A stretch of 64,000 bases of DNA from an uncultured archaeon (GTDB lineage: Archaea > Asgardarchaeota > Lokiarchaeia > Sigyniarchaeales > SOKP01), in assembly GCA_964486045.1 (NCBI GenBank), contig CAZALK010000001.1:360242-424241 (forward strand), written 5' to 3'. The first letter of the stretch is position 1, and every line of letters starts with the position of its first letter. The translations under genes were made by a program, and so were the position numbers. Positions 10,023-20,333 of this stretch are shown one piece after another. The notes under the pieces were generated by a model. The model was not told the origin of the DNA, did no database searches, and saw only the letters and a list, made by a program, of their open reading frames with translations.

Positions 10023-10700
10023 TTATTTACTTTTTTTACTACGTGGATAATTTGCAAATAAACTATCGTGTAATTTTTTAAATCTCTTTAGATGTATCTC
10101 TGATATAATTGTTGGTTCTCCGACTTGAAGGGCACCCCAATATATTTTTGCCAACTTTTCTACTAATTCAGCAAATTTTATTGCGTGATTCATTGACTTT
10201 CCACAAACTATAACCCCATGATTAGTCAATAAAGCCGCGTTTTTTCTATCTAAAGTTTTAAGAGCTACACTTCCTATTTCCTCTGTATGAGCTTTTCCAA
10301 AATCTGAGACTTCAATGGATCCTCCTAAAAAAATATACATCTCTTCCATAATGACAGGAATATTTCTTTGAGCAATCGAGAGCATAGTTGCTTAAGGAGA
10401 ATGTGTGTGAATTACTGCTTGAGCTTTTGGTCGAGAATTATAAATTGCGATATGCATTTTTGTTTCAGTTGAAGGTAATTTTCCAACACTTAATGGGATA
10501 CCATCAAAATTCATAAGAACAATTTCCTCTTTCTTAAGAGTTGAATATTGGTTAAATGAAGGTGTGATAAACAGTTCCTCTTTTTTCCCATTCCGTATAC
10601 TTACATTTCCTTCCCCAACCTCTACTAATCCCTTTGAAAAAATTGCTTTTGCTCCCCCAACTACTTCTATTCGAAGCTTATCTTCTCTAGTTAGAGACAT
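10023..10700 (-). pseudogene. Class II aldolase/adducin (FucA-like), split by an in-frame TAA
   Basis: ORFs 10392-10700 and 10023-10385 share a frame: HTHSP-TAA-ATMLS, where HSPYAT is expected. GNVS, PSTE and NHG motifs are intact. Confidence 0.85.
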
Positions 10701-10867
10701 AAATTAAATAATTGAGACTGGGTTAAAAATATATTTCGAATTTATAAAAAAGAATTAAGTTTTGATAAGATACTATTTAAAAATTCAAAATGGTCTATTT
10801 TTTTAAATAAATTCAAGTAATATTAAATTTGATGATATAGAATAAGTTCTACATCCCCCAAACTATT

Positions 10868-11956
10868 ATGTCCCGGTTAATTTTGCATTGTGATCTAGAT
10901 TGCTTCTTTGCTGCTGTGGAAATAAGAGACAATCCGCAATATCAAGAAAAACCTGTTATTATTGGTGCAGAGCCAAAAGAAGGAAAAGGACGTGGAGTTG
11001 TTTCGACGTGTTCTTATGAAGCACGAGTTTTTGGTCTTCATTCGGGAATGCCGATATCTCAAGCTTTTCAACGCTGTCCCCATGGAATATACCTTAAACC
11101 AAATTTTAACAAATATAACTTGGCTTCCAAACAAGTTATGGAGATAATTGAGAAATTTTCACAGGATTTTCAACAAGTCGGAAGCGACGAGGCTTATCTC
11201 GATCTTTCAGATAATTGCGTTAATTTCAAGGAAGCAAAAGAGATTGCACAAGAAATCCAGAAGTCAATTAGGAAAGAAGTAGGAATTACAATATCAATAG
11301 GTATTGCTCCTACGAAATCACTAGCGAAAATCGCTTCGGATTATAATAAACCAAATGGTATAACGCTTTTTACACCAGAAAATTTCAGGTCGATGCTTAA
11401 AGATAAAGATATTGTTTGCATCCCTGGTATCGGAAAAAAGACCAAAATTCATTATATTAAAAAGGGGATTAAGACAATAGGGGATATTCTGAATACACCT
11501 TTATCTACTATAATGACATTATTTGGAAAACATGGAAAATGGATTTGGGATGTAGTAAATGGAATAGATAATCGAAAAGTCAAAGAATTTCACGAAGAGA
11601 GAAAATCAATTAGTGCAGAGAGAACTTTCTTAGCAGATACGGAAGATTTTAATATAATTTTATCAAAAATTACTGATATAAACAAAAGAATACATCAAAC
11701 CATAATAAAGCATCAGATAAGCTATAAAACTGTAACATTAAAAATACGATTCGAGGGTTTTCAAACCTTTACTCGCTCTAAAACATTACACTACTGCATT
11801 CAAGATGAAAACAAGGTACTAAAAATTATCTTAGAACTATTTAAAGAGTTTTCTAGTAGTGATAAGAAAGTTAGACTGGTAGGGATTAAGTTATCAAATC
11901 TAAAAAAAAATAATAAACTACGACAAAAAAATATTTTAAATTACACTTTTGTTTAA
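10868..11956 (+). CDS. dinB: DNA polymerase IV (Y family)
   Basis: HCDLDCFFAAVE, SYEAR, SDEAYLD, KIASDYNKPNG, VRLVGI. Confidence 0.96.
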   Translation: MSRLILHCDLDCFFAAVEIRDNPQYQEKPVIIGAEPKEGKGRGVVSTCSYEARVFGLHSGMPISQAFQRCPHGIYLKPNFNKYNLASKQVMEIIEKFSQDFQQVGSDEAYLDLSDNCVNFKEAKEIAQEIQKSIRKEVGITISIGIAPTKSLAKIASDYNKPNGITLFTPENFRSMLKDKDIVCIPGIGKKTKIHYIKKGIKTIGDILNTPLSTIMTLFGKHGKWIWDVVNGIDNRKVKEFHEERKSISAERTFLADTEDFNIILSKITDINKRIHQTIIKHQISYKTVTLKIRFEGFQTFTRSKTLHYCIQDENKVLKIILELFKEFSSSDKKVRLVGIKLSNLKKNNKLRQKNILNYTFV

Positions 11957-11974
11957 ATTAAAATCAAAAAATGT

Positions 11975-12736
11975 TTACAATCCGTGTTTTTTCTTAATCC
12001 GTTCGATTAACCATTCTGGCATTATTAATGACATATAGGAAAGTATTATAAATATTGCTCCAAACATCCACGCAATATAAATAAACTCTGAATAACCTGG
12101 ATGATTAAATAGTGTAATTAAGAGAGTATCTGCAATTAACATTATAAAAAGCAATATAAAACTAATCATAGAGTAGAATAATAATGTTAAACCAGTGTAC
12201 ATAACTCTATCTTTAACACCACTTTTCACCTTCTGACATATGATCGCAATATAACTAAATATTAATAATGAAAATATAACAATACTGACGGTTGAGTATA
12301 GTCTAATGTTTAATTCTCCTTCATAATCTGCAGAAGGAACACCCCACCAATTCCAGGGAAGAAAAAGAATTATAATTAATAGTATTCCAATAGTACCGAT
12401 TACTGGATATGCTTTTTTACCTTTATTTGTAATATGACTCGCAAATATAAACAGGAAAACGTCTGCGAGGATTACCATGCAATATGCTAACGGGAGAGAA
12501 ATCCTATATATTTCTCTGTATTCCCCCAAAATTACTGCTTCAGCTAATCCAATTGTTAAAATAATAAGAGCAGAAGTTAAAAAAGAAAAGACTAAAGTTA
12601 GATATAAGGTTGGAGGGGCCTTTCTTTCCCTCCATTTTCTATACATTTTAAGGGTTACTACAGTACCAAATGTGAATACAAAAAAATAATAAATGAATAT
12701 CGGGAATACTCGAAAATCAAAAGAGGTATATGACAT
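11975..12736 (-). CDS. Stand-alone seven-transmembrane protein of unknown function
   Basis: Seven hydrophobic segments by eye; ends in MPEWLIERIKK; no soluble output domain. Confidence 0.75.
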   Translation of the reverse strand: MSYTSFDFRVFPIFIYYFFVFTFGTVVTLKMYRKWRERKAPPTLYLTLVFSFLTSALIILTIGLAEAVILGEYREIYRISLPLAYCMVILADVFLFIFASHITNKGKKAYPVIGTIGILLIIILFLPWNWWGVPSADYEGELNIRLYSTVSIVIFSLLIFSYIAIICQKVKSGVKDRVMYTGLTLLFYSMISFILLFIMLIADTLLITLFNHPGYSEFIYIAWMFGAIFIILSYMSLIMPEWLIERIKKKHGL

Positions 12737-12911
12737 TATTCAAACTAAAAAATTCTTACTTGAAAATTTTATAAGAAAATATGTATATAACATTTTTCAT
12801 TTGGAAAACTAGAAGGTAATATCCTTATTAGTTTGACATATACATTTATAGTTATAATTTATTAAATATTTGTGGTAAAAGTAAAGTTCTACAACATAAA
12901 GCATCCTTGAA

Positions 12912-13325
12912 ATGGTAAAACTCATACAAGATATATGGATTTTAGCGGAAAGTGGAGTAGTTGTATTCCATCGTGTTTATGATGAACATCTGGATGCACA
13001 ACTATTTGGTGGCCTAATGACTGCATTAAACTCATTTGCCGAAAGACTTTCGAAAGGAGGATTAACAAATTTTGAATTAAATTCTAAGCGATTTAGTGTA
13101 ATAAAGAGAAGGAAGTTTCTTTTTGTCGCTAATTCTTCAAAAAGTTTTAAGATAAAAAAAGTAATTCAAGAATTACAATCAATTGCGGATAGATTCTTTG
13201 AAATATATCCTGAGGATGTTTTGTTTAATTTCGATGGAGATATTAAACGATTCCTTGATTTTGAAAATGAAATCGAAAATTCATTAGAAGAGACTATAAG
13301 GAAATTTCAAAAAGCATTTTGGTAG
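12912..13325 (+). CDS. Longin-like domain protein (Asgard type)
   Basis: IWILAESGVVVF...DAQLFGGLMTALNSFA...FLFVA...L..IADRF matches the longin/roadblock-like fold pattern. Confidence 0.72.
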   Translation: MVKLIQDIWILAESGVVVFHRVYDEHLDAQLFGGLMTALNSFAERLSKGGLTNFELNSKRFSVIKRRKFLFVANSSKSFKIKKVIQELQSIADRFFEIYPEDVLFNFDGDIKRFLDFENEIENSLEETIRKFQKAFW

Positions 13326-13350
13326 ACAAACTAAATCTGGCACCAATTTT

Positions 13351-13760
13351 TCAGAGAAGGATATTCCTTATTATTGATTTTATTTCAAATAAATAGTTTT
13401 CTAATGAATTTGATAGACTACTCGAGAACTCAAGTTTGCTAGATTAATTTATTAATATCGACTCAAGATTAAATTCTTTTAAAAACCATATCAACTTGTA
13501 TATTTCAATTTTTTTCTTAAACTCTTTATCAATATTATAATACTTCGAACATGCTCTACAAAAAGCATCATCATATGAGAAACTGTTTAAAGGCTTTAGA
13601 ATTAAATAATCTATTTTGATAAAATCTTGTGCTCTACTTCCAATACACCAGTTATCAAAATCAATTAATCCATTAAGGTTTAAGACACCTCGATCTTCTT
13701 TTACAATAACATTTTGACTATTAAAATCATTCTGTAACAAAACAAATTCATCTTCGTCTT
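13351..13760 (-). pseudogene. C-terminal fragment of an APH/choline-kinase-like phosphotransferase
   Basis: FVLLQNDFNSQNVIV (Brenner-like HxDxxxxN) and GLIDFD motifs; N-lobe missing; frame continues 30 codons past the TAA at 13444. Confidence 0.7.
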
Positions 13761-13862
13761 CTCACCTATTAAATTTAAATAAATTCTTTGGACATTTCAG
13801 AAAATCCATAGAAAAAATTTTCATAAACAATTGGAGGAATAGAAATTAAGAAGTAAAAAGGA

Positions 13863-15545
13863 TTAAATCTTTTTAGATTCTTTAAATATTTCAAAGATCT
13901 CTGTTTCATAATCTATAGTATCATCCGGCAACAGATTTGGATCTTTAACAAGTTTAGTTAAATAATAAATTTTCGCCCCACGCTCAAGGTATTGTAAAAC
14001 TGTATAGGCACCCTCTAAATGGCTTCCACAACATAAATTGCCATGATTTGCTAGTAAAACAGCATTTCTTTCTTCTAAATTTTTGAGAACTGCTCCTGCT
14101 AATTCTTCTGTTCCTGCTTCACCATACTCAGCACATTTTACTTCACCACCTATATATGGGACTAATTCTTCTATTATTGGGGGGAGTGAAAGTTTTAATG
14201 CACTGAGGACACTTGAATAAATACTATGTGCATGAATAATCGCATTTATATCAATTCTTTCTTTATAAACGGCTAGATGCATTTGTTTTTCTACTGAAGG
14301 ATTCCTATTACCTTCGATGACTTTTCCTTCCATATTAATGAGAAGGATATCTTTTGGTTTCATGTTTTCATATTTAATATTACTAGGTGTTATGAGAACG
14401 AACTCTTTTTCATTGGTTTTTACTCTTACACTTACATTTCCAGCAGAACCTATCACATGACCCTCTATTAATAAATTATTGCAAAGATCGACAATATTCC
14501 TTTTCAATTTATTTATTTTAGCGCTCGTGACAACAATTTTTTCAGTAAGTAGCTCTGGATTCATAATATGCTTAGGAATCTTCTTGTCTAACCATAACTT
14601 GATATCTTTTAAAAGCATGTTTGATTGACGTATAATTATTTCAAAAGTATCTCCACCGATATGGGGGGAGACAATCGCATTGTCAAATTTTAAAAATTCA
14701 TTATCCTCATCAATAGGTTCTAGTGGAAAGACATCTAAAGCAGCCCCAGCAATCTTTTTCTCTTCTAAAGCTTTCTTTAAAGATTTATAATCTACTAAAC
14801 TCCCTTTAGCAGTATTTATTAAGAAGGCGTTCTTTTTCATTAAGTTAATGCGGTTTTCATTGATTAGATTATCGTTCTCGTCAGTGGCGGATGCATGAAT
14901 AGTTATAAAATCTGAATTCCTAACGAGAAAATCAATCTCAACAGTATCACCATATTCCTTGGTAATACCATGCGAAACATAGGGATCATAAATAAGATAT
15001 TCTACACCAAATGGTCTTAATCGAGCTGCTACTCTTCTTCCTATTTGCCCAAAACCTATAATTCCAACTTTTTTTCCTCCCAATTCCGTACCTGTGAAGT
15101 TTTCGAAGTACTTTATCCAATCTTCAAAATCTACTACTTCAAAACTTTCAGAATGAAGAATTCTATCTAGTTTATGTATTTTACGAGCAAGCATTAAAAT
15201 ATAGCAAACAGTTAAATCTGCAACTGCATCAACATTTCTTAATGGGGTATTTAAGACAAGAACTCCTTTTTTGGTTGCCGCTTTAAGATTAACATTGAAT
15301 GGATCTCCTCGACATGAAATAAGTAATTTTAGATTAGTAAGCTCAAAAAATTCTTTTTTTTTAACGTCATCTACCTCAGTAATAAAAATATCAACGCCCT
15401 CTAGCTTTTCGGCTAGTTCTATAGCGTCAAAATATATTTCTCCTGTTTTTGTCCATGGCTCATAAACAACATCCATTATATTGTTTAATTCATTTAAAGC
15501 CTCTGGTGTCAATACAGCTGTAATAAGAGCTTTCATAAACCTCAC
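13863..15545 (-). CDS. Fusion: D-2-hydroxyacid (SerA-like) dehydrogenase + class II aldolase
   Basis: GIIGFGQIG, INTAKG, ALDVF and SPHIGG in the N-part; GNVSVR, PSVE, HAHS and LANHG in the C-part. Confidence 0.9.
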   Translation of the reverse strand: MRFMKALITAVLTPEALNELNNIMDVVYEPWTKTGEIYFDAIELAEKLEGVDIFITEVDDVKKKEFFELTNLKLLISCRGDPFNVNLKAATKKGVLVLNTPLRNVDAVADLTVCYILMLARKIHKLDRILHSESFEVVDFEDWIKYFENFTGTELGGKKVGIIGFGQIGRRVAARLRPFGVEYLIYDPYVSHGITKEYGDTVEIDFLVRNSDFITIHASATDENDNLINENRINLMKKNAFLINTAKGSLVDYKSLKKALEEKKIAGAALDVFPLEPIDEDNEFLKFDNAIVSPHIGGDTFEIIIRQSNMLLKDIKLWLDKKIPKHIMNPELLTEKIVVTSAKINKLKRNIVDLCNNLLIEGHVIGSAGNVSVRVKTNEKEFVLITPSNIKYENMKPKDILLINMEGKVIEGNRNPSVEKQMHLAVYKERIDINAIIHAHSIYSSVLSALKLSLPPIIEELVPYIGGEVKCAEYGEAGTEELAGAVLKNLEERNAVLLANHGNLCCGSHLEGAYTVLQYLERGAKIYYLTKLVKDPNLLPDDTIDYETEIFEIFKESKKI

Positions 15546-15581
15546 TTAATATACTAATTTTACTATTAAATTAATTAATGC

Positions 15582-15932
15582 TTAGAATAACAAACTTTTT
15601 AGTCTGACTAAATTACGTATCTTACCTTCTACAACTTTTATTTGACCAGAGCTATATGCTTTTACAGCGCCAATATCTTTATTAAACAAATCTAAAAGAG
15701 TCTTTTCAGATATAAAATCAATTTTAACTGGTGCTGTATCATCCCCAGTATTATCTTTTACTTCAATTCCATGGTCTCCGTTGACTAATATCAATATCTT
15801 CCGTCCAGTATCTAAAAAATATAGTTGAATTGGGTCGTTGTAATTTGCTAGTTTTTTTCTTATTTTTTCGGTGTTATTATATCGTTCTTCAATGTCTTTT
15901 AAACAACTTGAAATATCTTCAAAAATTGACAT
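15582..15932 (-). CDS. SCP2 (sterol carrier protein 2)-like lipid-binding protein
   Basis: 116 aa; C-terminal pattern LLDLFNKDIGAVKAYSSGQIKVVEG is typical of SCP2. Confidence 0.75.
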   Translation of the reverse strand: MSIFEDISSCLKDIEERYNNTEKIRKKLANYNDPIQLYFLDTGRKILILVNGDHGIEVKDNTGDDTAPVKIDFISEKTLLDLFNKDIGAVKAYSSGQIKVVEGKIRNLVRLKSLLF

Positions 15933-15987
15933 TTTTTTTACACTCCTATTTTACTATGGGTATATATGTGATAAAGTTCAACGAGAT

Positions 15988-17493
15988 TTAAAGATCATCA
16001 ATTTTGTTTTTTAGATGCTTCCATTGTTTAAAAATGCCTCTATATTCTTCGGAAGCTGAGGGATCAACATAATATTTCTCAAATTGCATGAGTTCATCAA
16101 TGATTCTTTTGTAATCGGGATATAGTTTTAATCCTAATAATGTATTTATTGCACAACCAGTAAAAGCTGAATCGAGTATATGGGGTACCTTTAAATCTTT
16201 GCCTAATATATTTGTTAAGATTTTACAAAATTCCTTTGATTTTGACATACCCCCAGAACAGAAAGCCACAATTTCTGATTGGGTAAAACCTTGCAATGCT
16301 TGAAAGTTTTCAAGAATTCCAAAACAAATCCCTTCGATTGTAGATCGAGCAAAGTTTTCTAATTTTGGAAACTCCTCCCCAATCATACTAGGGGGTTGAA
16401 AAATGAAGACACCTCTTTTTATTGATGTTTGATCTTTTACAGCCATGAGTTCTGGACCAAGGTAGGCGTAGGTAGAATTTGCTCCAGGTTCAACACGATT
16501 TAATAATTCATCCATAATTTCATTTACATCCTTCTCAGAAGCTGAAATGAAAGTATCCTTGAACCAATCATAAGCTTTTCCCGTCCCTCCAGAATTTGCT
16601 TCAATTAACCATTTGTCATTAACTGCATGACACTCTGTCCAAAAGTTCAGGTTTTGATCAATTATAGGTTTATTCACAACTAAATGAACTGGTGCAGTAG
16701 TTCCTAATGTAATTCCTATATTTCCATTCTCAATTGCACCCATACCTAATAAGTTAGCTTGTGTATCTCCACTTCCTTTTATTACAGGAATTAAGTTTTG
16801 GTTTATGCCGGTTTCTTTCATTAAATCAGGTTTTAATTCTCCTATAACTGTACCAGAGTTAACAATTTTGGGGAGAAGTTCAGGATTTATGTTGAAACTC
16901 TCAATAATTTCAAAACTCCATTTTTTATGCTTAATATCAAAAAGATGAGACTCTCCGATAGAAGAATAATCTGTGTAATACCCTCCAGTAAGTCTGTATC
17001 CAATCCAGTCATCTAACATTAAAATGTGGCTTATGTTCTCATACTGGTTTCTTTTTTCTTCTTTAAACCACAATAAACGTGCTAGTGTAAACATTAAAGA
17101 TGGACTATGGGCGGTTATTCTAAACATTTCGTTTTCAGGAAATCTATCTTCGATAAGATAGGCGGAATCGATACCTCTCATATCTGTGTTAGGGCCACCG
17201 TATATCTCTTTTCCATGTGCATCTAGAAAAACAGAAGCTATTCTTTGTCCACATGAAGAAATTCCTACAATTTCTTTTGGTTTATCTTTGTTTACTACTT
17301 GCTTTATTCCTGTTTTAATTATATCCCAAATTTCATTCATATTCAAATGCTTAGCAAAGCCATCAATATCCTCATTTATTATACTATAGCCTTGAGAAAA
17401 AACAGATCCTAATTTTAATTTAACAGAAATTAAAGCAACTTTAACATTTTTAGAAGAAATATCAATTGAGAGAATTGCATCCGAACTTCCCAT
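15988..17493 (-). CDS. FGGY-family carbohydrate kinase (divergent)
   Basis: ARLLW, DWIGYRLTG, GDTQA, LGTT, SGGMSKS. The N-terminal DxGT motif is altered to DISS. Confidence 0.88.
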   Translation of the reverse strand: MGSSDAILSIDISSKNVKVALISVKLKLGSVFSQGYSIINEDIDGFAKHLNMNEIWDIIKTGIKQVVNKDKPKEIVGISSCGQRIASVFLDAHGKEIYGGPNTDMRGIDSAYLIEDRFPENEMFRITAHSPSLMFTLARLLWFKEEKRNQYENISHILMLDDWIGYRLTGGYYTDYSSIGESHLFDIKHKKWSFEIIESFNINPELLPKIVNSGTVIGELKPDLMKETGINQNLIPVIKGSGDTQANLLGMGAIENGNIGITLGTTAPVHLVVNKPIIDQNLNFWTECHAVNDKWLIEANSGGTGKAYDWFKDTFISASEKDVNEIMDELLNRVEPGANSTYAYLGPELMAVKDQTSIKRGVFIFQPPSMIGEEFPKLENFARSTIEGICFGILENFQALQGFTQSEIVAFCSGGMSKSKEFCKILTNILGKDLKVPHILDSAFTGCAINTLLGLKLYPDYKRIIDELMQFEKYYVDPSASEEYRGIFKQWKHLKNKIDDL

Positions 17494-17565
17494 ATTTAAC
17501 TATTTATATTACTATAATTTATTTTTAAGTTTTAGGAAAAAACCTTGTACTTTTTGAGAAATAGT

Positions 17566-18198
17566 CTATTTAAGATACTTTCTTGTCACTTTCCCTCTTG
17601 GTGTTTCTTCTTCAAATAATATTGCATGGAAAGTATAAATTTTAGTACTTAAATCTCTCCATGAGCTTGGATCTAACCATGCTTTTGAACATGTATGAGA
17701 AAGAAATGTTTTTACATCCCAATTTCTCTCATGATCTATAGGGACTTGGGGAAGAAGTAAGCCTCGCCTCATTCCTTTTTCAGCGATCAATCCGTCTCTT
17801 CCAATTATGATTTTATCAGAATATTCTTCTGGATCGTTAACTTTTATTAATTTAGGTGGAGTCAATATTGATAATTCAATCAGGATTTTCTCCATTTCTT
17901 CAATTTCTACGGATGGAAATCTAGGATCTTCGATAGCAGAACTGATGGAAACTCTGTGGATAATTTCATATAACGAATAAATGGGTTCAATGTAACCAAT
18001 ACACCCTCTTAATGATTTATCCTTTATACCAAGGATATTTAATGTAATAAAGGCACCGTATTTATTACTAAATTTTTCTTTTATTTTTTCCGGCACAGGA
18101 ATTTTTCTGTTGTTTGTAAGGAAAAATTCAATGTTTTTTCTCGCAAACTTTATTAACAATTCTCCATCTTCTTCTGAAAATTTTTCCGTATAAGACAT
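17566..18198 (-). CDS. AMMECR1 domain protein (AmmeMemoRadiSam protein A)
   Basis: GAFITL, LRGCIG, DPRF, GLLLPQV. Confidence 0.93.
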   Translation of the reverse strand: MSYTEKFSEEDGELLIKFARKNIEFFLTNNRKIPVPEKIKEKFSNKYGAFITLNILGIKDKSLRGCIGYIEPIYSLYEIIHRVSISSAIEDPRFPSVEIEEMEKILIELSILTPPKLIKVNDPEEYSDKIIIGRDGLIAEKGMRRGLLLPQVPIDHERNWDVKTFLSHTCSKAWLDPSSWRDLSTKIYTFHAILFEEETPRGKVTRKYLK

Positions 18199-18257
18199 AT
18201 TCTTCGCTTGTTCCTTTTGAGTTAAGTATTATTATGCCCCTTAAACATTTATACTTT

Positions 18258-19649
18258 TTAGCAAGTTTTTATAATCGTTCCTTTTGGGTTACTTTTTTCA
18301 GTATTTATTTCATTTCCTCTCAAAAAAACTCTCCAGATATGAACTGTACTTTTAGAATTTTCAAATGGGGAAAATTTGGCTTTAGTCTTAAAATCCAGAG
18401 CTTTAATAATATATTCTGGAATTTTATTAATTATTATTAAATCAGCATCGTAGCCTTCTTCAATAAATCCCTTGTTTTTCAAATTAAATAATTTTGCAGG
18501 ATTTTCTGAGGATACCTTTACGAAGTTTTCTAATGAGAGGTCATAGCTAAATATTTTATCTAACAACAGTTTTGGATAAGTTTCAAAGCCAGGGAACCCC
18601 GATGGAGCATCCAAGTAATCTTGAGATTTTTCTTCTATTGTATGAGGTGCGTGGTCAGTACCTAATAACAATATATTACCCTCTTTGAGCTCATTAAACA
18701 AAAATTGACTATGTTTAATATTCCTTAATGGTGGTAATACTTTCCCGTAAGTTTCCCGCTCTAATACTAGATCTTTTGAAAGAAGTAAATGATGTGGTGT
18801 GACTTCATAAAATATTTTGAAGCTTTCATTCGATTTTCTCGAACTCTGGATATGTAAATATACCTCCTTGCAACTGACATGGCAAAAATGAATAATTGGG
18901 AATTCTTTTGCTTTTAATTCATTTTCAATTATAAATTTCTCATAATTTTGTAAGATAAAATCTGAATACTGCTCCTCCATTTTTATGGGATGTAATCTAT
19001 TATGTAATTCTAAAATGGGATATTTTAATATATTAAAGTCTTCAACGATTTGATCTTTTTCATTATCAGAGAGAGGAAACGCAGCATGAATAAATATTGG
19101 AACTTGGTATATAGAAGAAACATTTAAGAGTTTTTGAATATTAACTGATTTTTTCCAATCTATTTCACTTAAAGGGCTTTCGGGGTAAATTTTAAAACCG
19201 ATTATACCTAAATCTATAATTTTTTTTATTTCAACTTCATCAATTCCTTTGGGAACACCGGCAATGAATCCAACATCTACGTTAATGTTATTCTGGGCCT
19301 TATTCATCCATTTTTTAATTTGCTTCTCAGTAGTAGCCGGGGGTTTGGTATTTGGCATGTTAAAAACGGTTGTTATTCCAGAAAATGCAGCAGCTTTCGT
19401 ACCTGTAAAAAAGGTTTCTTTCTCACTTTGCCCTATATCACGTAAATGAGAATGAATATCGATTATTCCTGGTAGAATAATTTTTTTTTCACAATCTACT
19501 ACCTTACCATCTTGATTTTTATCAATTAAATTCTGAAATTCTCTCTCGCTTGGTTCATAAACGACTTTAGTAATTATACCGTTGTTGATAAGTATATCCC
19601 CATTATGAATTAATCCTTCTGAAAAGATTTTACCGTTTTTTAAAATCAT
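18258..19649 (-). CDS. pyrC: Dihydroorotase (amidohydrolase superfamily)
   Basis: PGIIDIHSHLRD, MPNTKP, EVTPHHL, GTDHAPH, NPAK. Confidence 0.88.
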   Translation of the reverse strand: MILKNGKIFSEGLIHNGDILINNGIITKVVYEPSEREFQNLIDKNQDGKVVDCEKKIILPGIIDIHSHLRDIGQSEKETFFTGTKAAAFSGITTVFNMPNTKPPATTEKQIKKWMNKAQNNINVDVGFIAGVPKGIDEVEIKKIIDLGIIGFKIYPESPLSEIDWKKSVNIQKLLNVSSIYQVPIFIHAAFPLSDNEKDQIVEDFNILKYPILELHNRLHPIKMEEQYSDFILQNYEKFIIENELKAKEFPIIHFCHVSCKEVYLHIQSSRKSNESFKIFYEVTPHHLLLSKDLVLERETYGKVLPPLRNIKHSQFLFNELKEGNILLLGTDHAPHTIEEKSQDYLDAPSGFPGFETYPKLLLDKIFSYDLSLENFVKVSSENPAKLFNLKNKGFIEEGYDADLIIINKIPEYIIKALDFKTKAKFSPFENSKSTVHIWRVFLRGNEINTEKSNPKGTIIKTC

Positions 19650-20308
19650 AACCTTACAGATTCTTGACGATCTTTTCGATAGTTAATATATAAAATTTTA
19701 TTTTCTACTTGTTTAATTTTAGAAAGAGAAAAGGATTTTATATTTTTCATTTCTTTAAATTGAAAATCGATCTTTGAACCGTTATTAGATTTCTCATAAT
19801 TCGGTAGTATAAACAAAACATCATCTAAAAAAGATTCAACAGTGAGATAATTAGCGTCAAAATCTTTATCATTTTTAATGAATTCCTCATGATTGGTTAT
19901 AAGATAAACATTTTTCATTAATAAAGATTTAAGGTACCGTAGAAAAGAGAGATTATCAAAAAACCTTGAGATATATATTCCCGGTGTTGACTGTTTTCTC
20001 CTATCTATTAGATTAATCCCTATTCTTTTTGATAAATTTAAAGCTTTTTCAAGAAGTAATGCTTGAGATCTCTCATCTGGGCCTAAATATCTCAAATCTT
20101 TCCCAATGAAACTAACTAAAGTGTGCTCTTTTTGAAAATATAAAAATAAATTATTATCCTTCCTTATAGAATATGATATACAAAAAGTTTCCCTTATACA
20201 TGAACATAATTCATAGATTTTTTGGGGTGTTGTTCCCTTATCAATAATATCTTTATTATATTCAATTATTTTTTCTTCAAGTAATAAAAAATTTACCAAT
20301 CTAATCAA
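19646..20308 (-). CDS. TrmY-like SPOUT methyltransferase (degenerate)
   Basis: LRYLGPDERS and STPGIY motifs of TrmY; C-terminal SAM-knot motif poorly conserved. Confidence 0.65.
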   Translation of the reverse strand: MIRLVNFLLLEEKIIEYNKDIIDKGTTPQKIYELCSCIRETFCISYSIRKDNNLFLYFQKEHTLVSFIGKDLRYLGPDERSQALLLEKALNLSKRIGINLIDRRKQSTPGIYISRFFDNLSFLRYLKSLLMKNVYLITNHEEFIKNDKDFDANYLTVESFLDDVLFILPNYEKSNNGSKIDFQFKEMKNIKSFSLSKIKQVENKILYINYRKDRQESVRL

Positions 20309-20333
20309 ACAAACTATTAGTATTCTTTGAATT

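Noticed and set aside
10392-10394. Possible stop-codon recoding in the aldolase
   Set aside because: The codon is TAA at a Tyr position, not TGA or TAG, and TAA terminates many genes in this window.
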